From the IMG/VR virus record IMGVR_UViG_3300031949_000049, positions 1 to 54,356 of that record: 54,356 nt of DNA; one strand, 5' to 3'. The notes below the pieces were generated by a model that ran no database searches, was not told the DNA's origin, and saw nothing but the letters and a program-made list of their open reading frames with translations. Positions 8,337 to 16,698 of the stretch are shown here, in pieces (position 1 is the stretch's first letter; the number at the start of each line of letters is the position of its first letter). A program made the translations under genes and the position numbers. The DNA is from a virus (lineage: Duplodnaviria > Caudoviricetes).

Positions 8337-9073
8337 TGTTCACCTCTGGAGGCGGCGTACAGGTCTCTGGCGTCGCATAGTCTATCTATTAATTCTTGGC
8401 TGCGACGGCGAACGTGGACCGTAGCTATCGGGTCGTCCACGTTGGCCATCACGACCACCAGTTGCTCGTGTCGTTCCCCAGTTAGCTCCTCTACCATGAC
8501 GGAATACGCCGTCTCCTGGATGAAGTAATCTTCTATCTCGTGAATCCCTTTTGGGCTCGAACTCGTCTTGTAGTCGATAATCGCAGGCTCTCGATCCCAG
8601 CAACCGACGAGGTCGCACGTTCCGGCGAGGAGGAGTGCCTTGGAGTAGAGTATGACCTCGACCGCGTTGACCTTGGTGAGGTGCCTGTCGACCTCCCGCC
8701 TCGCGGCGAGGAACGCGACCTGCTCCCTCTTGGACGCCACGGAGTCCGGTGCCTCGCCTCTGACGTAGGCCTCCATCAGCCCGTGGAGTCTGTTACCTCG
8801 CGCCATTCCCTTCCTGGACGCCTCGTCTGCTGAGTCGTCCCCCACGGCTGCCCGCCAGGTGATCAACCCGGGCCTCCAGAGTGCACCTAGGACGGTAGTG
8901 ACGGAAGGATATATGGCACCGCCTGGCGTCACGTACACGCGACCGCGCGGGCCGTCTTTTCGTATCGCGGGCGGTCCGAAGTCGTAGGGCTCGTGCCGAA
9001 AGCTACGTGGTTCCCTGCTTGTCTTTAGCGAGTATGTAGTCCCGAACAAGTGCGGACCGAACGATGTCATCAC
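8333..9073 (-). CDS. PD-(D/E)XK exonuclease (ExoA/Cas4-like, phoH-linked)
   Basis: YPSVTTVL, RGNRLH, E..L, AGTCDL, IIDYKTS, Q..AY; start ambiguous. Confidence 0.85.
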   Translation of the reverse strand: MMTSFGPHLFGTTYSLKTSREPRSFRHEPYDFGPPAIRKDGPRGRVYVTPGGAIYPSVTTVLGALWRPGLITWRAAVGDDSADEASRKGMARGNRLHGLMEAYVRGEAPDSVASKREQVAFLAARREVDRHLTKVNAVEVILYSKALLLAGTCDLVGCWDREPAIIDYKTSSSPKGIHEIEDYFIQETAYSVMVEELTGERHEQLVVVMANVDDPIATVHVRRRSQELIDRLCDARDLYAASRGEQ

Positions 9074-9689
9074 TCTTCATCTCTACCATAGCAAAGCTGG
9101 AAATGTCACTGATGACGCGCATAAATTTTTCGAGGCCTTCCCGCTCGTGGTCTGACTTCAGGTCTGACTGCCGGAAGTCGCCGCAAAATATGAATCGGGT
9201 GTCCTCTCCGGCCCTGGTGATCATGGAGTCCAGCTCGTGCCAGCTCCAGTTCTGCATCTCATCCACGATGACGACGCTGTCCCTCAGTGTCAGGCCTCTC
9301 AGGTAGGACGATGTGGAGAACTCTACGGTGAACCTGGCCTTGAGGATCTCGTAGGCGTCGGCTCTCTCGAAGAGCTCGGCGAAGACGTACTTGTAGGGGA
9401 CCTCGTAAGGGGCAGACTTCTCCGCCGCCGACCCCGGCATGAAGCCCATGTCCCTCGTTGGGACCGCGGACCGGTAGATGATGATGCGCTCCTGTTCCTT
9501 GGCCAGGAGGCTCGTCATCCCTAGATAACACGCCAGGAATGTCTTTCCCGTCCCGGCCAGGCCGTGTATCACTAGGTGCTTGCCCTTGGCGTAGTTCACC
9601 AAGACTCGTTTCTGATTCTCCGTCTTTGGAAATACCTTGACCATCACGAGCCCCGCCTTTGTCGCTGCGGGAGGCTTGCTCTTCTTCAA
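9003..9689 (-). CDS. phoH: PhoH-like ATPase
   Basis: GLAGTGKT, GFMPG, YLRGLT, IVDEMQN, GDFRQSD, IVRS. Confidence 0.95.
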   Translation of the reverse strand: MKKSKPPAATKAGLVMVKVFPKTENQKRVLVNYAKGKHLVIHGLAGTGKTFLACYLGMTSLLAKEQERIIIYRSAVPTRDMGFMPGSAAEKSAPYEVPYKYVFAELFERADAYEILKARFTVEFSTSSYLRGLTLRDSVVIVDEMQNWSWHELDSMITRAGEDTRFIFCGDFRQSDLKSDHEREGLEKFMRVISDISSFAMVEMKSDDIVRSALVRDYILAKDKQGTT

Positions 9690-9709
9690 CTACTTCTCCG
9701 TGGTTGCTT

Positions 9710-9871
9710 CTAGGGTGTCATGAAGAACGAGTACCAGAGGAAGAAGAAGGCGCCGGCCCCGAGGATGACGACGATACAGAGGATGGCCAACACACTCGCC
9801 AAGGTGTCGCGCCAGGTCGAAGGCCTCTCAGGCTCATCTGGGGAAGGTATCTTTGTCCAGTTGCCGACCAT
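9710..9871 (-). CDS. small membrane protein (53 aa)
   Basis: TAATG overlap; hydrophobic LASVLAILCIVVILGAGAFFLW. Confidence 0.6.
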   Translation of the reverse strand: MVGNWTKIPSPDEPERPSTWRDTLASVLAILCIVVILGAGAFFFLWYSFFMTP

Positions 9872-10092
9872 TAGATGGTGTTGTTCTTGTAGAAGCGCTT
9901 CATCTTACCCAGTACCTCGCTGAATCCGGAATCGACCTTTTTCCTTCCCATCCTCCACGGATCGAGAATCGGGACGTCGCCGAACACCTGTTCATGTTCT
10001 GGGTGAGCGGCGACGTAGGAATCGTGCTCCGACAGGGTGAGGAACTCAGTGAACACCTCGCCCCTCTCGTTCTTGAAGGTGTAGTTCGGCAT
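9871..10092 (-). CDS. FmdB-like small regulator (Cys-less)
   Basis: MPNYTFKN..GE.F...D.GF.EVL.K pattern typical upstream of phoH in T4-like phages. Confidence 0.7.
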   Translation of the reverse strand: MPNYTFKNERGEVFTEFLTLSEHDSYVAAHPEHEQVFGDVPILDPWRMGRKKVDSGFSEVLGKMKRFYKNNTI

Positions 10093-10502
10093 CAGAACAG
10101 GCCAGGGTAGGCCTTGCGGACCACCTGCCGATTCAGTCCCTTGTACGGGGAACGCTTTTCCTTCATCGCGATGACGAGCTCGGCGTCCGACTTGGGAATG
10201 GCTTCCAGGAGCTCCTGGAACAATTTCTCGCGCTTGCCCTGGCCGAGCGTCGGGTGCCCACCCTCTACGTAGAGGTAGAACCGGCGGATCTCAGAAAAAA
10301 GCGCCACCGCTTCTTCATCTTTTGACTCGTAGGGCGGCGCCCCTTCCGGCAGCGCAAACTTGATGTCTGGGTCGAACATGTGCTTGAGGATGGTTCGGGT
10401 CGCGGGTTGGTATCTCTGGGGGAGTGACTGGAGGAATCGTATGCGATCTTTCTCAGATTCGAATTGCTCGATCCCGATAAGAACATCAGATATTGACTGC
10501 AT
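10092..10502 (-). CDS. conserved T4-like hypothetical protein
   Basis: FD..I.F.LPEG.PPY...KRE..F..LLE; usual neighbour of rnh. Confidence 0.85.
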   Translation of the reverse strand: MQSISDVLIGIEQFESEKDRIRFLQSLPQRYQPATRTILKHMFDPDIKFALPEGAPPYESKDEEAVALFSEIRRFYLYVEGGHPTLGQGKREKLFQELLEAIPKSDAELVIAMKEKRSPYKGLNRQVVRKAYPGLF

Positions 10503-10504
10503 GT

Positions 10505-11371
10505 TTAAAAGTCCTGTACGTCCTGCATCATTTTTCTCAGGCCAAACTTGACGAAGTATGCCATGACATCCTCGCGCGTCTTGGTCGGCTTGATATTGTA
10601 TTTATCCAATATCTCACCGGCGATGTCGGCCGGCGTCTTCGACAGGTCCACCATCGTCTCGTTTCTCTTCCAGTTCGCCTTCTTCTCCGGCGTATCGCAG
10701 AACTCACTCGGGTCCTGGGTCAGCCACACCTCCTCCTTCACTGTCATGATCGCTTTCTGGCGTATCTTGGACACGAAGGAATCGTCCTGGGAGAGGAAAT
10801 TCGGGACGCCGTCGCCGACGTCTCCGCGAATGATCTTCTTCTTGAGAAGGACTATCGGATCTCCCTTGAGCCAGCGCTTCCTAGAGTTATCCCACTGGGA
10901 CACGCCCGGATACTTATGAAGCTGGATGAAGTCGAAGTCACCGGACACGATGAGCATCTTGGCGCCACGACCGAACCCATCCACCGGGTTGTTTGCGATT
11001 ATGACGCCTATAACGTCGTCGGCCTCGGCCGTGTCAACGTCCACCACACGATACGGCATGAACTCCTTTAGTTCCTCCTTGATCTTAGTGAGGGTGGCGA
11101 ATATCAGGCCCCAGTCGAGCGGGCTCTTGTCCCTGGCGATCTTCCTGGATGCCTTGTAGTAGGGAAACACCTCCCGACGCCAGACCTTTCTGCCGTCGCA
11201 GCAGATGACCGTGGCGCCGTACTCGTTCTTGAACTTGACGTTGATAGCCCTCAGCGTGTTCAGGACCATGTGTCTGAGGAGGGGTTCGCTGAGCTCTATA
11301 CCCTGGCTACCTCCCTTGGTTCCGGCCATGAGGTTGGCTATCATTACCTGGTTGAGGTCGATGAGGATCAC
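10505..11371 (-). CDS. rnh: T4 RNase H (5'-3' exonuclease)
   Basis: ILID.NQ, WRR..FPYYKA.R, EADD, SGD.DF.QL, GD.GDGVPN. Confidence 0.95.
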   Translation of the reverse strand: MILIDLNQVMIANLMAGTKGGSQGIELSEPLLRHMVLNTLRAINVKFKNEYGATVICCDGRKVWRREVFPYYKASRKIARDKSPLDWGLIFATLTKIKEELKEFMPYRVVDVDTAEADDVIGVIIANNPVDGFGRGAKMLIVSGDFDFIQLHKYPGVSQWDNSRKRWLKGDPIVLLKKKIIRGDVGDGVPNFLSQDDSFVSKIRQKAIMTVKEEVWLTQDPSEFCDTPEKKANWKRNETMVDLSKTPADIAGEILDKYNIKPTKTREDVMAYFVKFGLRKMMQDVQDF

Positions 11372-11724
11372 TCGCCGTCACCGCCGCCGACGTGTCTGTG
11401 CTTTGGTGGTTCGATGCGCCTGACCCTATCATCTATGCTCCTGATCATCGTCATCATCTCGTCGAGGATGTGGGCGGAAATTCTGCTACCCATGACCATC
11501 GGCTCAGTTGGTTCGGGCTCTGGTATCTTATGCTGAAGGTGCTTGTTGTTATAGATGTGGAGGACACCCCTGTCGTCCTCGACGACGTATCTAACTTGTC
11601 CTGAGCGCTTGGTGAACTTGCTGACGACGTATCCAACGAAGTCATAGTCTCCTCCGATCTTTTCTACTAGATCTCCTTCTAGGAACTCATCGTTCCGTTC
11701 GAGTTCTTCATCCTTGTCTGCCAT
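11368..11724 (-). CDS. hypothetical protein with DfrB/R67-like SH3 barrel
   Basis: GDLVEKIGG...GYVV...RYVVE...GVLHIY. Confidence 0.6.
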   Translation of the reverse strand: MADKDEELERNDEFLEGDLVEKIGGDYDFVGYVVSKFTKRSGQVRYVVEDDRGVLHIYNNKHLQHKIPEPEPTEPMVMGSRISAHILDEMMTMIRSIDDRVRRIEPPKHRHVGGGDGE

Positions 11725-11725
11725 G

Positions 11726-12259
11726 TTACTTCATCGCGTCCACTACTGCGTGCATGCAGGCGTGGTGTACGTCCTCTACTATTCCGTAGTCGTTGGAGTT
11801 GACCCAGACCTGGTGGGCCGGGGAGACCACCTCCCCGATCGTTCTTATCTTGTTCATAGGCTGGAACCCCGACAGCGTCAGGAGACTCATCTTGAAGTCC
11901 TGGGCATAGAGCGCGGCCCTGGCCACGTTTGGGGAGTTACCCGATGAAGAAATGAGAATGAGGGCGTCCATCGGGCTAGCGAAGTGATAGCTGAGCTGGC
12001 GGGAGAACACCTCGTCGTAGCCGACGTCGTTGCCGATGGCGGTGAGCACCGGCACGTTGTCGACTAGGCTGATGGCGGATATGGGCTTGTTTATTGTCTT
12101 GAGGAGGTCGACGACGAAGTGACTGGCGATCGCTGCCGACCCTCCGTTTCCAGCGACGAACACCCTGGTCGACATGAGCAGTACGTCGGGCCACTTACTC
12201 AATCCTGACACATCGGTTTCGTCTAGTGTTAGTGCGAGTCTCTTCATATATTCTTTCAT
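11726..12259 (-). CDS. gmhA: SIS-domain phosphoheptose isomerase
   Basis: AGNGGSAAIASHF, TAIGND.GY..VF..Q, ISSSGNSPN, EDVH. Confidence 0.88.
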   Translation of the reverse strand: MKEYMKRLALTLDETDVSGLSKWPDVLLMSTRVFVAGNGGSAAIASHFVVDLLKTINKPISAISLVDNVPVLTAIGNDVGYDEVFSRQLSYHFASPMDALILISSSGNSPNVARAALYAQDFKMSLLTLSGFQPMNKIRTIGEVVSPAHQVWVNSNDYGIVEDVHHACMHAVVDAMK

Positions 12260-13257
12260 GAGCCTACTCCGCTTATCCATTCATCAGCCTTGGCGGGTCT
12301 CTCCATGCCCGCTATGAGCTCCCTTAACCCCAACTTCTCCATCTCGCTCCTGAGTCTCGGACTATACCCTGGTTCTGTGATGAACATCATGTATCCAGAC
12401 CCACCGGCACCGAGTATCTTTCCACCAATCACACCACCGGCGGCGATCCCAGCCTTGTACACCGTGTCGATCTCGTCGTTGGTCACGCCGGTGGCGAACT
12501 CGCGCTTTATCTCCCACGCCTCTGTCATGGCCGCCTTGAGGATGATCATGCCGTTGGATTCGCTACTGCACGCCGCGGTGTACCCCATATAGGCCAGGAG
12601 GCTCATCCTCTTGATGGCGTTGAACTGGGATGAGATGTTCTTGGCCTGCTCGCTCAATATGTTGTTGCTGTCTCTCTTTCCACCGAGATAGAATACGTTG
12701 AGATTCTTCAATATCCAGTGATTGTCGAGGTCGCCAGGCACCGATTGGCGATTGTGGCGCGGGGATTTTTCTTCGTCTTTTATCCTGAATTCGTGCAGCG
12801 CGAAACCAGGGTTAGCCGCGGCGGCGTGATCCTGATAGCCGCACGACGAACCGGTCGACCTCTCTACGTCGAAAAGATCCGTAACCGTGGCGTGCTTCTT
12901 GAGGGCGGTGCACATCGCCCGAAGCCACGCCGCCGACGAGCCGAGTCCGGTGCCCATCGTTGGGACGTCCTCAAAGAACGTAATCTTATTAAACCCCTCC
13001 GTGTCTTGCAGGGCCCTGGGCATCCCGTCCTTTTCATAGAAGAACTTCTCGAGGAGTGCCATCGTGAGTGGGGTCTGGATGGTCGGGTCGAGCGTGAGCC
13101 CCTCGGTGAACTCAGTCTTTGCCGCGTAGCAGTGGACGTAGTAGGGGATCGACACCGAGAGGCACGCCCCTGCCCCACCCATCTGGATGAACTCAGGAAG
13201 ATCCGACCCGCCGCCGAGTATACTGACCCTCAGAGGAACCCGTGCGTGGTAGATCAT
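12256..13257 (-). CDS. GHMP sugar kinase, HddA (heptose-7-phosphate kinase)-like
   Basis: PLRVSILGGGSD, GTGLGSS, GYQD, GGKILGAGGSGY. Confidence 0.88.
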   Translation of the reverse strand: MIYHARVPLRVSILGGGSDLPEFIQMGGAGACLSVSIPYYVHCYAAKTEFTEGLTLDPTIQTPLTMALLEKFFYEKDGMPRALQDTEGFNKITFFEDVPTMGTGLGSSAAWLRAMCTALKKHATVTDLFDVERSTGSSCGYQDHAAAANPGFALHEFRIKDEEKSPRHNRQSVPGDLDNHWILKNLNVFYLGGKRDSNNILSEQAKNISSQFNAIKRMSLLAYMGYTAACSSESNGMIILKAAMTEAWEIKREFATGVTNDEIDTVYKAGIAAGGVIGGKILGAGGSGYMMFITEPGYSPRLRSEMEKLGLRELIAGMERPAKADEWISGVGS

Positions 13258-14186
13258 AGCAGCGACCTCAAGAAGTTGGTCCACTGGTGGCCCCGGCCGA
13301 CCCATGAGTATAACGAATCTGCCCTGGCCGCGGTCACCCCGCGGATGTCGTTATATACCTTGGAACGGGCCCTGCTGTCAACCACCATGTCGCGCATGAC
13401 AGAGAACGTCTTCGAGGCAAGCCTGTTAGGATCTTCCTCGTACTGGTAGGTGTAGTTCATCCCGGCCGCCGTCTCGTACAGGCACCCGAAGTTGGTATGG
13501 GCGCAGACGACTCCCGCACACATGGCCTCGATGAGGGATCGGCACCCCGTCTCCGGCCACGTGCACGGGTAGGCGAAGAAGTGGGTATCCCTCAAGGCAC
13601 TCCTCACCTGTGCATTATCGACCGCGCCGTGGTGTCTCATCTTCGGATGGCCGCGGATGGCCTTGAACACGCTCTCGAAATGCTTATCCCTGTCCTCCCA
13701 CCCGTAGATGCTGAAGCTCGAGTAAACGTCGAGGAACACGTCCTCCTTCTTGGCGAGCTCGTTGAAGGCGGCCACCAGGACGTTGAGCCCACGGTGCGGG
13801 GTGGTGTGATAGATGAACCTGAGGGTTCCCTTCCAGTCGAGTGGACGAGGCTTGTCGAAGGGCTCGACCGCGTTGGGGAGGACGATACACCTCTCCCACG
13901 GGATCTTGAACTTGTCGATGAATCTCTGCATCTGCCAGTTGGAGACGAACACGAGCATCCGGAACTTGTTCCAGCCCCCGTCGGCCAGGTGCTGCATCTC
14001 AGGGTCAGTCTCGGTGTCGTGCACCCAGAATATCGGGATGAGGCCGGGTTCTAGGCTCCTGAAGCGGGAGGGGATGATCTGAAACTTATCAAGCACGTCG
14101 GATGGAACCCGCTTCTCCAGCTCTACGATCGAGAGCTCGGTCCCTCCCTTCGACCGCTCGTTGTACTCGTTCCTGATTATAGGCAT
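13254..14186 (-). CDS. GT-B (GT4-like) glycosyltransferase
   Basis: GGTE, WVHD, FVSNWQ, TPHRGL, YPCTWPETGCRSLIEAMCAG. Confidence 0.9.
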   Translation of the reverse strand: MPIIRNEYNERSKGGTELSIVELEKRVPSDVLDKFQIIPSRFRSLEPGLIPIFWVHDTETDPEMQHLADGGWNKFRMLVFVSNWQMQRFIDKFKIPWERCIVLPNAVEPFDKPRPLDWKGTLRFIYHTTPHRGLNVLVAAFNELAKKEDVFLDVYSSFSIYGWEDRDKHFESVFKAIRGHPKMRHHGAVDNAQVRSALRDTHFFAYPCTWPETGCRSLIEAMCAGVVCAHTNFGCLYETAAGMNYTYQYEEDPNRLASKTFSVMRDMVVDSRARSKVYNDIRGVTAARADSLYSWVGRGHQWTNFLRSLL

Positions 14187-14986
14187 CAGCCGAGTTCCAC
14201 CCTCAGTTGTCCCCAGCCTATCTGCTCCAGCATGTCCATCACGGTGTCTCGATCGACGGCCACGTAGTTCTTTCCGAGTGCCTTGAATACCGGCTCGTCC
14301 CCGCCGAGTGGGCCGTGGCCGTCACCGACGAAGAACGTATTGTTGTAGCTCTCTGGGCTGAGACAGGCGTATATCGCACTCTCCTTGTCGCAGCGGTGGT
14401 TGACTATGTCGATGCCGGTCTGACCGCCGAGGAACACCTCGTAGCGGTCCTTCCATTTCTCGCGCATCAACCTGACGAGTTTTATTCTCTCGAAGTTATC
14501 GTGGTCCCAGGCAATGTACTCCTGCCTCTGCTCTGGGGTAAGGCCCTTGCCGGCGATACTGAACGAGGCGTACGAGTCGCCAGTGTGTAGGCGCATGTGC
14601 TCGCCAGTCTTCACGGGTGAACCAGATGAGTCGATCAACTCCCTCATCCAGAGCCCGTCGTCCAACGTGAAATTAAGGGCGGGTGCCATCCCGTGGTGCG
14701 TCGGTTCGCCATCCTCAAACGTGGTGAAGCTCGAGCCCAATCCACTGATGATGCCGTCGACCAACCAGTCGTCCTCCTTGAACAGTACAGCGGCCCGCTC
14801 GCGGACATCGTCGTATGAGGAGCCGGTGCATATGAAGAGCTCGGCGAGAAATTTGTTCTGGAGGTTGGAGAGTGCGTCGAACACCTCCTCGCTGACGTTC
14901 CCACCGTGGTCGCACAGGGTCCCGTCTAGGTCGAAGACGAACGCCGGATAGTGACCGGTCGTGTATTCCACATCGTCATACCACAT
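14186..14986 (-). CDS. HAD-IIB hydrolase, phosphomannomutase-like
   Basis: FDLDGTL, CTGS, GGQTGIDI, FVGD...GGD; GGAGGAG RBS. Confidence 0.85.
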   Translation of the reverse strand: MWYDDVEYTTGHYPAFVFDLDGTLCDHGGNVSEEVFDALSNLQNKFLAELFICTGSSYDDVRERAAVLFKEDDWLVDGIISGLGSSFTTFEDGEPTHHGMAPALNFTLDDGLWMRELIDSSGSPVKTGEHMRLHTGDSYASFSIAGKGLTPEQRQEYIAWDHDNFERIKLVRLMREKWKDRYEVFLGGQTGIDIVNHRCDKESAIYACLSPESYNNTFFVGDGHGPLGGDEPVFKALGKNYVAVDRDTVMDMLEQIGWGQLRVELG

Positions 14987-15224
14987 CTGTCTTCTCCTCC
15001 TCATTAAAATATCTGATGGACGCCTCGTATCCGCCTATGCGGACGTCGTCGACGAACATCTGAGGCACGGTCTTGGCCTCGGGAAACAGCATCCTGAGTT
15101 CCTCGAGGTTCTCGATCGCGGCGTCGATCTTTATCTCGGTGTACGCCACGCCCTTCTTGTTCATGAACGTCCTGAGTGCGTCGCACCAGGAACAGTTCGA
15201 CTTGCTGTAGACCTTGATCTCCAC
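14976..15224 (-). CDS. nrdC: glutaredoxin
   Basis: YSK.NCSWC, TVPQ.F, IGGY; GTG start after GAGGGG. Confidence 0.9.
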   Translation of the reverse strand: MEIKVYSKSNCSWCDALRTFMNKKGVAYTEIKIDAAIENLEELRMLFPEAKTVPQMFVDDVRIGGYEASIRYFNEEEKTDVV

Positions 15225-15327
15225 GTCCCCTCCTCTAAAAAATACGACCCCTCCCAACGCCCATCGTTACCTGCAAGGCCATCCCTCGCTCCGAGGGATC
15301 CACTAACCAAGGAGGGGTCGCCGTTGC

Positions 15328-15513
15328 CTACATGGAATAGGCGCCGCCTTCAAACTTGATCTTCTTCATACCGTGCCTGTGGCGAAGGTTGAAGATCGTA
15401 GAACTTGGATTAGGCACGCCGATTTTCCGTGACCTGATCTGCGCGGTGGTGAGGCGCTTCCCCTCCTTGAGGGCATTCACCAGCCGTGTCGTGTTAGGCT
15501 TGAGATTGTTCAT
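15328..15513 (-). CDS. small HTH DNA-binding protein
   Basis: L..G..LT.AQI.....V.NP.STI..LR; AGGAG RBS; GTTTACA promoter at ~15556-15584. Confidence 0.7.
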   Translation of the reverse strand: MNNLKPNTTRLVNALKEGKRLTTAQIRSRKIGVPNPSSTIFNLRHRHGMKKIKFEGGAYSM

Positions 15514-15593
15514 TATGAACTCCTAGTTGTGTCGGCCACGTGGCCTTGTCACACAGGCTATACCACCTAATACAAGGTGTAAACGGCGCGGCG

Positions 15594-16442
15594 CTAGTTT
15601 TTTTCGGTACTAGCCCAACGACGTTTTGCGGCGTCACTCATCTTTTTTTTGGTGGAATCACTTTTTCTTCTGCCTAATGAAGAAGAACTAAGCTTTTTCT
15701 TTGTTTCATCGGACAATTTTTTGCCTCTTCGATGAGTATTGCCTTTGAGTCGTTCTGACATCTTTTTTCGTTGTTCGAGTGTTTGTGATATTCCACTCCT
15801 GTTAAGCGACATTTTCTGTTTTGAAGCATCTGTGTGTCGATGCCCAAACATCGGGTTCTTATCACCCTTCGTTACTTCAGAGATTTTTGCCTTAAATTCG
15901 GCTGTCTTTGGTTTTTTGTTGGCTATCTTAACAGCAGCTAAGCAAGCATCTGATGGTTTTTTGCCCTTTAAGGCTTCAGATATTTTTCTTCTAGTAGCTT
16001 CTGTTCGCTTACTTCCAGTTTGAGATTCAGCTGAGCGCTTAGACGATTCTATCGTGGCAGCGAAATAGCGCGATAATATGTTTCCATTGTAATAGCGACG
16101 TTCACCAGATTCGGTCTTTTCTTCTAAAACATTTTTAGCAAATAACTCTTTAGTTTCTGCATAATTAGTTAAACCTTTGGTCAGATGAAGGGACAGAATC
16201 CTTCTCTTAAAGATAGCCGCCCCATGTATCTTCACGTCGGCGGCAACTTCTTTGGAAGAACCATAATAGGTTTTCCAGTCAGATTCGACTAACTTACTTC
16301 CTTTTTTTGAAAAAAAGTACTTCCTACCGACATACATTTTGCCGGTAAGTTCGTTCGTGAGTATATACACGAAACCATAGTAACCATTTATTTTGTCTGT
16401 AGTGAATGGTTCAAATTGATAGAACCACGGATTATCATACAT
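15594..16442 (-). CDS. Seg-like GIY-YIG endonuclease with NUMOD3 repeats
   Basis: GFVYILTN..TGKMYVGRK, YYGSS, YYN.NI; repeated (H/L)S.ETK.KMS; AT-rich; TATAAATA at 16447-16454 just upstream. Confidence 0.88.
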   Translation of the reverse strand: MYDNPWFYQFEPFTTDKINGYYGFVYILTNELTGKMYVGRKYFFSKKGSKLVESDWKTYYGSSKEVAADVKIHGAAIFKRRILSLHLTKGLTNYAETKELFAKNVLEEKTESGERRYYNGNILSRYFAATIESSKRSAESQTGSKRTEATRRKISEALKGKKPSDACLAAVKIANKKPKTAEFKAKISEVTKGDKNPMFGHRHTDASKQKMSLNRSGISQTLEQRKKMSERLKGNTHRRGKKLSDETKKKLSSSSLGRRKSDSTKKKMSDAAKRRWASTEKN

Positions 16443-16449
16443 ATATTAT

Positions 16450-16698
16450 TTATAGAACCAGCAAGATGAACACGAGCCACCAGATGGCGAACCGGGAGAA
16501 CTTGCTCCACCACTCGCCGTCTGCCCGGAACCACTCCGCCCAGAATCCCTTGGCCTTGTGATAGAAGGAGCCTTCACTTATCTCGTCGAAATCCTTCTCC
16601 GTGGGATAGTGGGGGAAGTGTTCCCCGCCGATGATCATCAGCGGAAAATCGACCGGGCTGGTTACTAGGAGGATGAGTATCCCGAGGAGGACGCGCAT
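16450..16698 (-). CDS. membrane protein
   Basis: two hydrophobic segments; TGATG overlap. Confidence 0.7.
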   Translation of the reverse strand: MRVLLGILILLVTSPVDFPLMIIGGEHFPHYPTEKDFDEISEGSFYHKAKGFWAEWFRADGEWWSKFSRFAIWWLVFILLVL

